Positions 9,272 through 19,687 of a DNA stretch of 64,000 bases are shown here, in pieces. Position 1 is the first letter of the stretch. Each line of letters opens with the position of its first letter. The notes under the pieces were generated by a model, which was not told the DNA's origin, did not search any database, and saw only the letters and a list, made by a program, of their open reading frames with translations. The stretch is taken from positions 1,024,001-1,088,000 of the forward strand of contig CAXXWS020000003.1 in NCBI GenBank assembly GCA_963665325.3, in the 5' to 3' direction. This DNA comes from Alphaproteobacteria bacterium. GTDB lineage: Bacteria; Pseudomonadota; Alphaproteobacteria; Bin95. The translations under genes and the position numbers were made by a program.

Positions 9272-10183
9272 ATGCTTGCGCGCTTCCAGGCCCTGCCGCC
9301 CGTCGCCCGGGGCATGTTGCTGATGGTCGTCACAACGGTCTGCTTCACGGCGATGCACACGATGGCGCGGGCGATGGGCGAGGTCTTGCCGCCCTTCGAG
9401 GTCGCATTCTTCCGCAACCTGTTCGGCCTGCTGGCGCTGGCGCCTGTCTTCCTGCGCCACGGTATCGCGCCCCTGAAAACGGAGAAGCTGCGCCTCCACG
9501 CGCTGAGGGGCGCGGTGCAGGCGGGCTGGATGCTGGCCTTTTTTACCGGGCTCACGATGATCCCGTTGGCCGACGTAACAGCTCTCGCATTCTCCGCACC
9601 GCTGTTCGGCAGCCTGCTGGCCGTGATCCTGCTGGGCGAGGTCATCCGCATGCGCAGGGTTGCGGCGTTGGTCGTGGGCTTCGTCGGCGTGCTGGTGGTG
9701 CTGCGTCCGGGCTTCGAGGAGGTCAGCGCCGGCGCTCTGCTGATCGTCGCCGCCTCGATCGCCTGGGGCTTGACGATCACGATCATCAAGGTCCTGGCGA
9801 AGACTGAATCGAGCGTGACGCAAACGGTCTATATGGGCCTGTTTCTCACCCCGATCATCCTCGTGCCGGCGCTCTTCGTCTGGGAGTGGCCGGAGCCCGT
9901 TCACTATCTGTGGCTTATCGCCATCGGCATTTTCGGCACTCTCGGCCACCTCGCCTTCGCGCAGGCCGTCAAGCTCGCCGATTCGACGGCCGTCCTGCCG
10001 CTCGACTTCCTGCGGCTCATCTGGGCGAGCCTGATTGGATTCTTCCTGTTCTCCGAAGTGCCCGACGCCCTGTCCTGGCTCGGAGGTGCGGTCATTTTCG
10101 TCTCGGCCACCTATATCGCCTTCCGGGAAAGCCGGCAGGCGCTGTCAAAGCAGATGCCGGCTGCTTCTTCCGACACCCGCTAA
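9272..10183 (+). CDS. DMT/EamA family transporter (paralog 1)
   Basis: About 10 TM helices; AFFRNLFG, LLGEVI, LRPG. Confidence 0.92.
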   Translation: MLARFQALPPVARGMLLMVVTTVCFTAMHTMARAMGEVLPPFEVAFFRNLFGLLALAPVFLRHGIAPLKTEKLRLHALRGAVQAGWMLAFFTGLTMIPLADVTALAFSAPLFGSLLAVILLGEVIRMRRVAALVVGFVGVLVVLRPGFEEVSAGALLIVAASIAWGLTITIIKVLAKTESSVTQTVYMGLFLTPIILVPALFVWEWPEPVHYLWLIAIGIFGTLGHLAFAQAVKLADSTAVLPLDFLRLIWASLIGFFLFSEVPDALSWLGGAVIFVSATYIAFRESRQALSKQMPAASSDTR

Positions 10184-10189
10184 AGGCCG

Positions 10190-11098
10190 ATGTTCGCGCG
10201 CTTCCAGGCTCTGCCGCCTACCGCCCAGGGCATGTCCCTGATGATCTTGACCACGCTCTGCTTCACGACGATGCAGACGATGGTACGGCTGATGGGCGAG
10301 GCGCTGCCGCCCTTCGAGGTTGCATTCTTCCGCAACCTGTTCGGCCTGCTCGCGCTGGCGCCGATCTTCCTGCGCCACGGCATCGGGCCCTTGCGCACGA
10401 AGAAGCTGCATCTCCATGCGCTGAGAGGCGCGGTGCAGGCGGGCGGAATGCTGGCCTTCTTCACCGGGGTCACGATGATTCCGCTCGCTGAGGTAACGGC
10501 GCTCTCCTTCTCCGCGCCGCTGTTCGGCAGTCTGCTGGCCGTGATCCTGCTGGGCGAGGTCATCCGCGTGCGCCGCATCACGGCGCTGGTCGCCGGTTTC
10601 GCCGGCGTGCTGCTGGTGTTGCGTCCGGGCTTCGAGGAGATCAGCACGGGGGCCATGCTGATCGTCGCCTCCTCGCTCACATGGGGCATGGCGATCACGC
10701 TCATCAAGGTGCTGGCGAAGACCGAAACGAGCGTGACGCAGACCGTCTATATGGGCCTGTTCCTTACCCCGATAACCTTCGTCCCCGCGCTCTTCGTCTG
10801 GGAATGGCCGCAGCCGGAGCACTATATCTGGTTCGCAGCCATCGGCATTGTCGGAACCGTCGGGCACATCGCTTTCGCTCAGGCCGTCAAGCTTGCCGAT
10901 TCGACGGCGGTGCTGCCGCTCGACTTCCTGCGGCTCATCTGGGCGAGCCTTGTCGGATTCCTCCTGTTCGCCGAGGTGCCGGATGCCGGGTCCTGGCTCG
11001 GTGGCGCGGTCATTTTCGCCTCGGCGACCTATATCGCCTTCCGCGAAAGCCGGCTCGCGCGGTCGAAACAGGCTGGCAATGCTTCTACCGACACTTGA
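10190..11098 (+). CDS. DMT/EamA family transporter (paralog 2)
   Basis: Colinear with and highly similar to 9272-10183. Confidence 0.92.
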   Translation: MFARFQALPPTAQGMSLMILTTLCFTTMQTMVRLMGEALPPFEVAFFRNLFGLLALAPIFLRHGIGPLRTKKLHLHALRGAVQAGGMLAFFTGVTMIPLAEVTALSFSAPLFGSLLAVILLGEVIRVRRITALVAGFAGVLLVLRPGFEEISTGAMLIVASSLTWGMAITLIKVLAKTETSVTQTVYMGLFLTPITFVPALFVWEWPQPEHYIWFAAIGIVGTVGHIAFAQAVKLADSTAVLPLDFLRLIWASLVGFLLFAEVPDAGSWLGGAVIFASATYIAFRESRLARSKQAGNASTDT

Positions 11099-11123
11099 AC
11101 AAGCAGACAAACGCCCCTATAAT
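11095..11123 (+). promoter_or_regulatory. Sigma70-type promoter of ftsK-lolA
   Basis: TTGAAC-N17-TATAAT, 32 nt before the ftsK ATG. Confidence 0.6.
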
Positions 11124-11155
11124 AACGCCAAATTTGAAGTTCCGGAGTCATTCCG

Positions 11156-13531
11156 ATGACCAGCGCGATCATGCGTTCCGAGCGGCCGGTGCTGTTCTCG
11201 CCGCGGCTGCGCCACGGCCTCCGACGGCTGGGGCTGAGGGCGCTCGGCAGCGTGCAGCTTGCTGCGGGGCTGGCGCTGGCGCTGGCGCTGGTTACCTATG
11301 ACGCCTCCGATCCTGCCGCCAATGTCGCCTCCGGCGGCGCGACCTCGAATGTGCTCGGCAGCGCCGGCGCCTGGATTGCGGACTGGCTGCTGCGCGGCTT
11401 CGGCGTGGCGGCCGCGGCCGCGGCCGTCGTCCCGATCGCCTGGGGATGCCGCGGGCTCAAGCTGAAGCGCACCCGCCGCGTCGCGCTGCGCCTGATCGCC
11501 CTTGTCCTGGTCCTGCCCTGCCTTGCCATGGGGCTGGCGGCGCTTCAGGGCGTCGGCGACTGGCCGCTTCGAGAGGGCCCGGGAGGCGCTATCGGCACGG
11601 TGCTGTACCACCGCGCGGAGTTGCTGTTCGGCGGTTCGGCGTGGATCGTCCATGCCGCCAGCCTGGGCGTCGCAGCGCTGCTCGCGGCTTGGGCGTTCGG
11701 TTTCGACCTGGAGGATTGGGCCTGGGTCGGCGCCGGCGTAGTTGCGGCCGGGCGCGGGCTTCGGCGCGCCGCCGGGCTGCTCCCTGTGCCGTCGGTAAGA
11801 CTATCCGCCCATGCCCGGCGGACCGAGAACCCGCATCGCACCCGGCGCCGGACCGCGCCGGCGCTGCGCCAGGCCGGAATCGAGGAGGACGATATAATCG
11901 TCCCCGTCGAAGCGGAGGAAGTGCCTCCCGTGCCGCCACCGCCTGCACCGCCCGAGCAGCAGCCGGCCCGGCGCAGGAAGCGCGGACCGACGATACAGCA
12001 GCGCAGGCTGCCTCTCGACGATGGCTACATGACGCCGCCCGTCGAACTTCTGCAATTGCCGCCGCCCGATGCCGAGCGCGGCATGCCCGACGATGAGACG
12101 CTGGAGCGCAACGCAGCGCTGCTGATGTCGGTGCTTGAAGATTTCGGCATCGGCGGCGAGGTGGTTGCGACGCGCCCCGGCCCCGTGGTCACGCTCTACG
12201 AATTCGAGCCCCAGGCCGGAATCAAGTCATCGCGCATCATCGGGCTCGCAGACGACATTGCCCGCTACATGTCCGCGGTCTCCGTACGCGTCGCGCTCGT
12301 TCCCGGCCGCACGGTGATCGGCATCGAAATGCCGAACCGGATCCGCCAGACCGTCTTCATGCGCGAACTGATCGAGACGGATGCGTACGAACTGTCGAAG
12401 GCCGATCTGCCGCTGATACTCGGCAAGGATATCGGCGGCGGCCCGCAGGTTGCCCAGCTGGAGCGGATGCCGCATCTGCTGATCGCCGGCACGACCGGTT
12501 CCGGCAAGTCGGTGGCGATCAACACCATGATCCTCTCGCTGCTTTACAAACTGCCGCCGGAGCGCTGCCGGCTCATCATGGTCGATCCGAAGATGCTGGA
12601 ACTCTCGGTCTATGAGGGAATTCCGCATCTCCTGACCCCGGTCGTCACCGATCCCAGGAAGGCCGTCGTCGCGCTCAAATGGACCGTGCGCGAGATGGAG
12701 AACCGTTACCGGGTGATGTCCGCGCTCGGCGTGCGCAATATCGGCGGCTACAACGCCCGCATCGCCGAGGCGCTCACGCAGGGCGAGACGCTGACACGCC
12801 GGGTGCAGACAGGCTACGACCCGGAGACGGGCGCACCGGAGTTCGAGGACCAGCCCCTCGACATGCGCCCCCTGCCCTTCATCGTGGTGGTGATCGACGA
12901 ACTCGCCGACCTGATGCTGGTCGCGCGGAACGACATCGAGACCGCAATCCAGCGTCTCGCCCAAATGGCGCGGGCCGCCGGCATCCATCTGCTCATGGCG
13001 ACCCAGCGCCCGTCCGTGGATGTCATCACAGGCACGATCAAGGCAAATTTCCCGACCCGGATCAGCTTCCAGGTCACGTCCAAGATCGACAGCCGCACCA
13101 TTCTGGGAGAAGGCGGCGCGGAGCAGCTTCTCGGCCAGGGCGACATGCTGTTCATGGCCGGCGGAGGCCGCATCGCCCGCATCCACGGCCCCTTTGTCTC
13201 GGACGAGGAAGTCGAGGAGATCGTCGCCCATCTGAAGACGCAGGGGTCGCCCGACTATCTCGACGCCATCACCGAGGACGAGGATGTCGCTTCCGGGATT
13301 CCGGGTTTCGAGAAGCCCGAAGGCGAGTCGGGCGACGACGACCTCTACGACCGCGCCGTGGCCTTCGTCGCACGCGAGCGCAAGGTGTCCGTCAGCCTCA
13401 TCCAGCGCCATCTGCGCATCGGCTACAACCGCGCCGCGCGCATCGTCGAAGAGATGGAGGCGCAGGGCGTCGTCAGCGGGCCCAACCACCAGAACAAGCG
13501 CGAAGTGCTGGTAGGCGGACATGGCGATTGA
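11156..13531 (+). CDS. ftsK: DNA translocase FtsK
   Basis: N-terminal TM domain; [14 protein letters not shown] Walker A; IDELADLM; [12 protein letters not shown]; gamma domain [10 protein letters not shown]. Confidence 0.97.
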   Translation: MTSAIMRSERPVLFSPRLRHGLRRLGLRALGSVQLAAGLALALALVTYDASDPAANVASGGATSNVLGSAGAWIADWLLRGFGVAAAAAAVVPIAWGCRGLKLKRTRRVALRLIALVLVLPCLAMGLAALQGVGDWPLREGPGGAIGTVLYHRAELLFGGSAWIVHAASLGVAALLAAWAFGFDLEDWAWVGAGVVAAGRGLRRAAGLLPVPSVRLSAHARRTENPHRTRRRTAPALRQAGIEEDDIIVPVEAEEVPPVPPPPAPPEQQPARRRKRGPTIQQRRLPLDDGYMTPPVELLQLPPPDAERGMPDDETLERNAALLMSVLEDFGIGGEVVATRPGPVVTLYEFEPQAGIKSSRIIGLADDIARYMSAVSVRVALVPGRTVIGIEMPNRIRQTVFMRELIETDAYELSKADLPLILGKDIGGGPQVAQLERMPHLLIAGTTGSGKSVAINTMILSLLYKLPPERCRLIMVDPKMLELSVYEGIPHLLTPVVTDPRKAVVALKWTVREMENRYRVMSALGVRNIGGYNARIAEALTQGETLTRRVQTGYDPETGAPEFEDQPLDMRPLPFIVVVIDELADLMLVARNDIETAIQRLAQMARAAGIHLLMATQRPSVDVITGTIKANFPTRISFQVTSKIDSRTILGEGGAEQLLGQGDMLFMAGGGRIARIHGPFVSDEEVEEIVAHLKTQGSPDYLDAITEDEDVASGIPGFEKPEGESGDDDLYDRAVAFVARERKVSVSLIQRHLRIGYNRAARIVEEMEAQGVVSGPNHQNKREVLVGGHGD

Positions 13532-14174
13532 CCGGCTGTTCCGGACTGCGGCGGCAGCTTTGCTTTCCTTTGCGTTCGCTTCGCCCGCCTCCGCCGACAG
13601 CGCCGCCCTCGACGACGGGGACCGCACTGCCATCGCGCGCGCCGAGGCCTATCTGAACGGGCTGACCACGCTGCAGGCGCGCTTCGTGCAGCTCGATTCC
13701 TCGGGCGAGGCCGCAACCGGCAGACTCATGGTCAGGCGTCCGGGGCGGATGCGCTTCGAATACGATCCCCCGACACCGATCCTGCTGGTGTCGCCTGGCT
13801 CCGAACTGATCTATTACGACCGCGACCTCAAGACGGCGACCCGCCTCGACTGGGAGGATACGCCCGCCTGGTTCCTGCTGGCCGACAGGGTGTCGCTGTC
13901 GCCGGACGGCCCTTACCGGGTTGTCGATGTCCAACAGTCGCCGGGCCTGCTGGTCTTTACGGCCGAGGACGCCGACGCCCCGGACAACGGATACATCGCC
14001 GTCAGCTTCGCCGACCGGCTCGGAACGCTGAAACTGACAGGATGGGTTGCGGTGGACGCGCTCGGCCAGCCGACCCGGATCACCCTGTTCAACATTGCGG
14101 CGAACCTGCCGATCGACGACTCGGCCTTCGTGTTCGACGAACCCCTTTCCGCCTTCGAGAAGCAGGACCCATAG
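13521..14174 (+). CDS. lolA: Outer-membrane lipoprotein carrier protein LolA family
   Basis: Signal peptide; ARFVQ and RPGRMRFEY; located directly after ftsK. Confidence 0.9.
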   Translation: MAIDRLFRTAAAALLSFAFASPASADSAALDDGDRTAIARAEAYLNGLTTLQARFVQLDSSGEAATGRLMVRRPGRMRFEYDPPTPILLVSPGSELIYYDRDLKTATRLDWEDTPAWFLLADRVSLSPDGPYRVVDVQQSPGLLVFTAEDADAPDNGYIAVSFADRLGTLKLTGWVAVDALGQPTRITLFNIAANLPIDDSAFVFDEPLSAFEKQDP

Positions 14175-14249
14175 GCGCTCTCCCTTCGCCGGAGGCGGAA
14201 GACAGTTGAAACGGCGCGCCGGGCGAAGAATAATCGGGGAAAGCCGGCC

Positions 14250-15137
14250 ATGACGGAGCTTTCCACGATGCAGACACTGACCCCCGAACAGCGCCGCAAT
14301 TGGGACATCGACGGCTACCTGCTCGTCGAGGGAGCGTTGGCGCCCGACAAGGTGTCCCTCTTCTCGGACAAGATCGACGAGATCCGCAAACGTCCGGGTT
14401 ACGAGCCGTTGTCGGGCATGCTTCCGCGAGGCCATTACGGCTGGGTCGAGCAGTGCACCGACCAGAACCCCGAAGCCTTCATGGACCGGCGCGACCTGCT
14501 CTCCTACGACCAGTCCTTCATAGACCTGATCGACCATGCGCCGGTTTTCGACCTCATCGTCGACATAATGGGCCCCAACCTCGCCTTCAGCATGTCGCAG
14601 GCCATCGTGCGCGCTTCCGGCGACGGCTTCGAAGGCTTCACCCACACCGATGGCGGCGAGGGCCAGCGCGAGGTGCGGGTGACCGAAACCAGCCGGCCCA
14701 TCGCGGTCAAGGCGCTCTATCTGCTGACCGATGTGGAAGGCCGCGACGCCGGCAATTTCACCGTGTATCCCGGCAGCCACATGCGTCCCTTCCCCTGGGA
14801 CCGCCAGCCGCCGCTTTCGCCGCAATCGCCGGGCGCGGTGCATCTCGAAGGCAAGGCCGGCGACTGCTTCATCTTCTCCCACGCGCTCTGGCACGGGCCG
14901 GCGCCGAACCGTTCCGGCCGCGCGCGCAAGACGTTGCTCTACAACTATTCGCAGATGTTCATGCGCGCCTACGACTATCACGGCTCGCACAGCCTCACCC
15001 AGCGCGCCACGCCGCGCCAGCGCCGCCTGATGGGCGACCTCGGCTACGACTTCCGCCCCGGCTCCTATTTCTATGTGCCGGACGACCAGACCGAGGTCAT
15101 CATGGGCCGCAGCGAAGCGGCAGCCGCAGCCGAATAG
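14250..15137 (+). CDS. Phytanoyl-CoA dioxygenase (PhyH) family Fe(II)/2OG enzyme
   Basis: DGYLLVEGAL, HTD, PGSH, LWHG. Confidence 0.88.
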   Translation: MTELSTMQTLTPEQRRNWDIDGYLLVEGALAPDKVSLFSDKIDEIRKRPGYEPLSGMLPRGHYGWVEQCTDQNPEAFMDRRDLLSYDQSFIDLIDHAPVFDLIVDIMGPNLAFSMSQAIVRASGDGFEGFTHTDGGEGQREVRVTETSRPIAVKALYLLTDVEGRDAGNFTVYPGSHMRPFPWDRQPPLSPQSPGAVHLEGKAGDCFIFSHALWHGPAPNRSGRARKTLLYNYSQMFMRAYDYHGSHSLTQRATPRQRRLMGDLGYDFRPGSYFYVPDDQTEVIMGRSEAAAAAE

Positions 15138-15158
15138 GATGCGGCCTCCCGGAGAGGC

Positions 15159-16610
15159 TCAGAAGGCAGTGAAATACTCCGCGTGCTCCCATTCCGAGAC
15201 GGTCATGAGGTAACGGTCCCATTCCGCACGCTTTAGCCTCGCCAGATAGGACACAAACGCGTCCCCAAGGACGGCGCGATACATCTCCGACGCCTCGAAA
15301 CTCTCGATGGCGGCCAGCAGGCTGACCGGCAGGCGCTCGGCGCCTTCGTCGTCGTAGGGGTCGGCAAGGGGCGGAGGCGGGACCAGGCCGTTCTCCAGCC
15401 CGTCCAGCCCCGAGAGGATCTGGAAGGCGAGCGCAAAATAGGGATTGGCGGTGCTGTCGGGCACACGGTTCTCCACCCGGCTGGCCGGGTCGCCGGGAGC
15501 CAGGAGCGTGCGCAGCATGGCGCCGCGATTGTCCCCGGCCCAGCCGATGCGGTTGGGCGCCAGCAGGTAGGAGGTGTAGCGCTTGTAGCCGTTCACCGTG
15601 GGCGTCGTGGCGATGCAGGAGGCCGCGGCATGGCGCAGGAGGCCGGCAATCCAGCCGCTTGCCGCAGGCGTGAGCGCGCCGTCCGGGCCGGGGGCGAAAA
15701 GGTTCCGTCCATCCGCATCGGCGAGGGACTGGTGGATATGCCAGCCATTGCTCGCGGCGTTGGGCAGCCGGGGCCGGGCCATGAACGAGGCCAGGAGCCC
15801 CTCGCGGTGGCACATCTCCTTGACCATCGTGCGGAAATTGACCGCCATGTCGGCAATCGTCATGGGATCGCCGGGAGCAAAGGTGAACTCGAACTGGCTC
15901 GGTCCCATCTCGATCTCGACGCTGCGCACCGGCATGCCCATGGTCTGCGCGGCGCGGCGGAGCCTGTCGAGAAGCGCCTCGCTCTCGCCGTAACGCGTTT
16001 CGGTCAGATACTGGTAGCCTTGGTTCAGCGCGCGCGTCACCGGAGGACGGGCCGGCATGGTGGTGTCCGCGTGGTCGAGCGCGGGATCGGTGACCTCGAA
16101 GACCTGGAATTCCACCTCCAATCCCACGACCGCCCGCATACCCTGTTCGGAGAGCCTGTCGCAGGCGCCCTGCAGGATCCGGCGCGAGGCGAAAGAGACG
16201 GGCTCCCCCGAAGTCATCGACACATCGCAATGGATCAGCGCGGAATGCGGCGACCAGGGCAGCACGCGGAATGTGTGCGGCAGGGGCGCCAGCACCAGGT
16301 CGCCCGCTCCCAGCATCGGCGCGTCACCTCCTTCCGACCAGACGGGAAACACCGTCCGGTGCGAGACGTCCTTGAGCAACAGGGTGGAAGGGGCCCGAAT
16401 GCCGGAGGCGAAGGCGTCCGTCAGCGCCTCGGCCGTGATCGTCTTGCCGCGCAGGATGCCGTGAGGATCGGCAAGGACTACGCGGACGGTCTCGATTCCT
16501 TCGGCCTCGACCAGCGCGACCGTTTCCGCGGCGCGGGCGATATCCTCCTGCGAAAGCGCGCCCGTTCGCGCCAGGGCGCCCGCCCGGATCCTGTCTTCGA
16601 CGGTGGCCAT
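15159..16610 (-). CDS. Glutamine synthetase-like (gamma-glutamyl ligase) protein
   Basis: GILRGK, GLEVEF, EMGPSQFE, NGWHIHQSL, RVENR, ANPY. Confidence 0.92.
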   Translation of the reverse strand: MATVEDRIRAGALARTGALSQEDIARAAETVALVEAEGIETVRVVLADPHGILRGKTITAEALTDAFASGIRAPSTLLLKDVSHRTVFPVWSEGGDAPMLGAGDLVLAPLPHTFRVLPWSPHSALIHCDVSMTSGEPVSFASRRILQGACDRLSEQGMRAVVGLEVEFQVFEVTDPALDHADTTMPARPPVTRALNQGYQYLTETRYGESEALLDRLRRAAQTMGMPVRSVEIEMGPSQFEFTFAPGDPMTIADMAVNFRTMVKEMCHREGLLASFMARPRLPNAASNGWHIHQSLADADGRNLFAPGPDGALTPAASGWIAGLLRHAAASCIATTPTVNGYKRYTSYLLAPNRIGWAGDNRGAMLRTLLAPGDPASRVENRVPDSTANPYFALAFQILSGLDGLENGLVPPPPLADPYDDEGAERLPVSLLAAIESFEASEMYRAVLGDAFVSYLARLKRAEWDRYLMTVSEWEHAEYFTAF

Positions 16611-16616
16611 GTCCGT

Positions 16617-17936
16617 CTAGACCGACGCATCCCAGGGGCATGCGGCGCGGCGCTCCAGGTCGGCTCGCATGCTGGCGGCTTCCCAGTCGGCCGTGTTCGC
16701 AATGGCGTCGTTGGACAAGGGTCCGACGATCCCGGCCACATCGACGCCTTTCCGCATGGGCAGAGCTGTCTCCTCGTTCCCGGCCAGACCCTCGATAGCC
16801 CCCCGCAACAGCCTGCGATACTGCACGATACCTGCATCGGTCGCGCCCAGATGCTCCCTGGTGCGGTCCTGGATCGGGCCCATGCCCTCGACTGCCCACT
16901 GGTCGTGCACATTGATGTCGAGCCCCATGCCCGTATAGGTCCGGGCCTCCTGTTCTTCCGGCCGGTATCCGTAATTGTTGCCCCTGTTCTTCAGCGGGGC
17001 GTAGTCGGGCAGGCTGTGTTCCTTTAACCGTTGCGCGCGCATCGTCTCTTTGTCCACCGGTTTGTCGAAACTGGTGAACAGGGAGTACCAGTAGCAGGTC
17101 TCGTCATCGACCGGCACGTGCCACTGGGTAATCGTCATCTCGCGGCTCATCGGGATGCAGATCGCCGCGGGGAAGATCTGGTTCGTGACGCGCACATGGG
17201 TCAAGCCGTTTCCCATATGTCTGAGCGCGGTCAGCTTGAGCCCGAATTCGGTCTCCTCGACCCTGATCTCGGGACGCGGATATTCCCGCAGCAGCTGCGT
17301 CATGGGGATGTTGGTGCCGGTGGCCGCGCTGTCCCGGAACTGCCTGCCGTAGCCCGCCTTCGGGTCCTCGTCCTCGAGGAAGCGGTGCAGGAAGGAGGCG
17401 TGGGCAGGATCGATGCCGATTTCCAGCGCCTGCAGCCAGTTGCACTCCCACAGTCCCTTGAACGCGAAGACATGCGTCCCGGGCGCCCGGAAGCAGTCGA
17501 AATTGGGGAAGGCCGGCGGCTCGCCGGGACCCATATAGGCAAAGACGATGCCGTTCTTTTCGACGACCGGATAGGATACCGACCTGATCTGCCTGAACAT
17601 TTCCGAGCCCTCGGGCTCGCCCGGCTGTTCGATGCATCGGCCGTTGCGGTCGTAGAGCCAGCCGTGGAACGGGCAGCGCAGGCCGTTGTCTTCGCGGCGG
17701 CCGAAGCACAGGTCTGCGCCCCGGTGCAGGCAGTGCCTGCCGATCAGTCCGAGCCCCCCCTCATTGTCGCGAAACAGCACCAGCCGCTCGCCCAGAAGCG
17801 TCACCGGCACGACCGGGCGCTCGCCCTTCAGCTCGTCGCTGAGCGCGGCCGGCTGCCAGTAGCGGCGAAGCACCTCGCCCGCGGGCTCACCCTTGCCCGT
17901 CCGGGTAAGCCGATCGTTGAGTTCCCGGCTCATCAT
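16617..17936 (-). CDS. Rieske non-heme iron oxygenase (LigXa/phthalate dioxygenase-like)
   Basis: CLHRGA...CPFHGW Rieske motif; DPAHASFLH mononuclear Fe site; ATGA overlap with the reductase stop. Confidence 0.93.
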   Translation of the reverse strand: MMSRELNDRLTRTGKGEPAGEVLRRYWQPAALSDELKGERPVVPVTLLGERLVLFRDNEGGLGLIGRHCLHRGADLCFGRREDNGLRCPFHGWLYDRNGRCIEQPGEPEGSEMFRQIRSVSYPVVEKNGIVFAYMGPGEPPAFPNFDCFRAPGTHVFAFKGLWECNWLQALEIGIDPAHASFLHRFLEDEDPKAGYGRQFRDSAATGTNIPMTQLLREYPRPEIRVEETEFGLKLTALRHMGNGLTHVRVTNQIFPAAICIPMSREMTITQWHVPVDDETCYWYSLFTSFDKPVDKETMRAQRLKEHSLPDYAPLKNRGNNYGYRPEEQEARTYTGMGLDINVHDQWAVEGMGPIQDRTREHLGATDAGIVQYRRLLRGAIEGLAGNEETALPMRKGVDVAGIVGPLSNDAIANTADWEAASMRADLERRAACPWDASV

Positions 17937-19195
17937 GGTTCGGCTCCTGCAATTGCGGACACCGGGCCGCGCCGGTCCACAGGCGCCGCCAGACAGGCCT
18001 TGAGCGGAGTGTCCGGGTCCGAAGCGGCAGCCCTGTCGAACAGGCCGGGCTCGCCGATCAGCCGGCGCGAGGCCATGTGGTCGGCAACCGCATTGACGGA
18101 ATAGACGGCGACGAGGCGGTCCCCCAGGGTCTCGACAAGGCTGAAGCTGCCGCTCTCGAGGGCACCGCGGACCGTCAGTTCGCCGCCCCGGACCGAAAGG
18201 CCCGCCATCTGGAGCTTCATGTCGAACTGGTCGCTCCAGAACCACGGCACGGGATCGTATGAGCCGCCCTGCCCCGTAATCTGCCGGGCAACCGCCCTGC
18301 CCTGGTCCACCGCATTTTGCACCGATTCCAGCCGTGTCCGGCTGCCCGTTACCGGCAAGTCGAACGCTGTGCAATCGCCGACCGCATACACGTCCGGAAT
18401 CGTGCTTTGCATGGCCCCGTCGACCAGGATTCCGCCGAGCGCGGTCGCAGCCCCGGCATCCGCCGCCAGGCCGATATCGGGCACGCTGCCCACGCAGACC
18501 AGAACCAGATCGGCCGTCAGGGAGACCCCGCTCGATAGCTTAACCGAGACGATCCGGCCGTCCTCCGCGGCGACCCTGTCGATCTGCGCACCGAGGTGAA
18601 TGCGCACGCCCTCGGCGCGGTGCCGGTGACAGATATATTCGGACAAGGCCGCGGGAATCGCACGCGTCAGCAGCCGGTCCTGCATCTCGACGACATCGAC
18701 CGTGAGCCCCAGCTTGCGCGCAGTTGCGGCAACTTCCAGCCCGATGAACCCGCCGCCGACGATGACCAGGTTCGCTCCGGGGGCAAGCGCATCCTGCAGC
18801 GATTGCGCGTCCTGCATGTTCCGAAGCACGAAGACATTCTCGCCCTGGAAGCCTTCGAGCATCCGCGCGCCGGCTCCGGTGGCGATCACGGCCTTGTCGT
18901 AGGCCAGGGTCCCGTCCGCCAGCCGCACCGTCTTCGATGCCGGGTCGAGCGCGCGGGCGCGGATGCCGAGCATGAGCTCGATGCCGTTCCGCTCGAAATA
19001 GTCGGGGCCCCGAAGCGCGATCTGCTCCGGGCGCTTCTCGCCCGCCAGCATCGCCTTGGACAGGGGGGGGCGGTGATAGGGCGCGCAGTCCTCGTCGCCA
19101 ATCAGGCGGATCGGCTCCTGGTAGCCGGCCTGGCGCAGCGAGGCGGCGGCCTGAACCCCGGCATGACCGGCGCCGACGATGACGGTGCCCGACAT
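17933..19195 (-). CDS. NAD(P)H-ferredoxin reductase (GR-type FAD enzyme)
   Basis: GAGHAG, PYHRPPLSK, GGGFIGLE, RLESVQNA, PWFWSDQ. Confidence 0.93.
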   Translation of the reverse strand: MSGTVIVGAGHAGVQAAASLRQAGYQEPIRLIGDEDCAPYHRPPLSKAMLAGEKRPEQIALRGPDYFERNGIELMLGIRARALDPASKTVRLADGTLAYDKAVIATGAGARMLEGFQGENVFVLRNMQDAQSLQDALAPGANLVIVGGGFIGLEVAATARKLGLTVDVVEMQDRLLTRAIPAALSEYICHRHRAEGVRIHLGAQIDRVAAEDGRIVSVKLSSGVSLTADLVLVCVGSVPDIGLAADAGAATALGGILVDGAMQSTIPDVYAVGDCTAFDLPVTGSRTRLESVQNAVDQGRAVARQITGQGGSYDPVPWFWSDQFDMKLQMAGLSVRGGELTVRGALESGSFSLVETLGDRLVAVYSVNAVADHMASRRLIGEPGLFDRAAASDPDTPLKACLAAPVDRRGPVSAIAGAEP

Positions 19196-19518
19196 CAGAT
19201 CTGCACACGCGGCAATTGGAACACCGCGCCCTCAAGGGACGGCTCCAGCTCTATCTGGCAGGAAAGCCGGCTGTTCGGGCGCCTCTCGTCCGCCGCAAAG
19301 TCCAGCATGTCCAGCTCGTAGGCATCGTCTGCCGGGCCGACGCTCTCGGGGGCGTATACATGGCAGGTCGCGCAGGCGCAGGCGCCGCCGCATTCGGCCT
19401 CGATACCCGGGACATCGTTCATGATGGCGACTTCCATCACGCTGGTGCCCGGCGTCCCGCTCACATGGAACATCTCTCCGTCGGCTGTCCTGAATGCGAT
19501 GCTGATTTCATCCGTCAT
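19195..19518 (-). CDS. 2Fe-2S ferredoxin (putidaredoxin/adrenodoxin type)
   Basis: ECGGACACATCHVY and SRLSCQI. Confidence 0.93.
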   Translation of the reverse strand: MTDEISIAFRTADGEMFHVSGTPGTSVMEVAIMNDVPGIEAECGGACACATCHVYAPESVGPADDAYELDMLDFAADERRPNSRLSCQIELEPSLEGAVFQLPRVQI

Positions 19519-19687
19519 GCGGTCATTACCCTCTGCCGGGTTTCCGGTCACCCGGCATCGCGAAACAAGGGGGCCTGCAGCAGGTCTCGACGACCGGTCT
19601 CAGCCGACTGGTCGGGCCGGATGTTAATGCATTCGCCGTTCCCCGGCCAAGCCGCGAGGCGGGACGAAGGAACCGGCCGATACGGCG

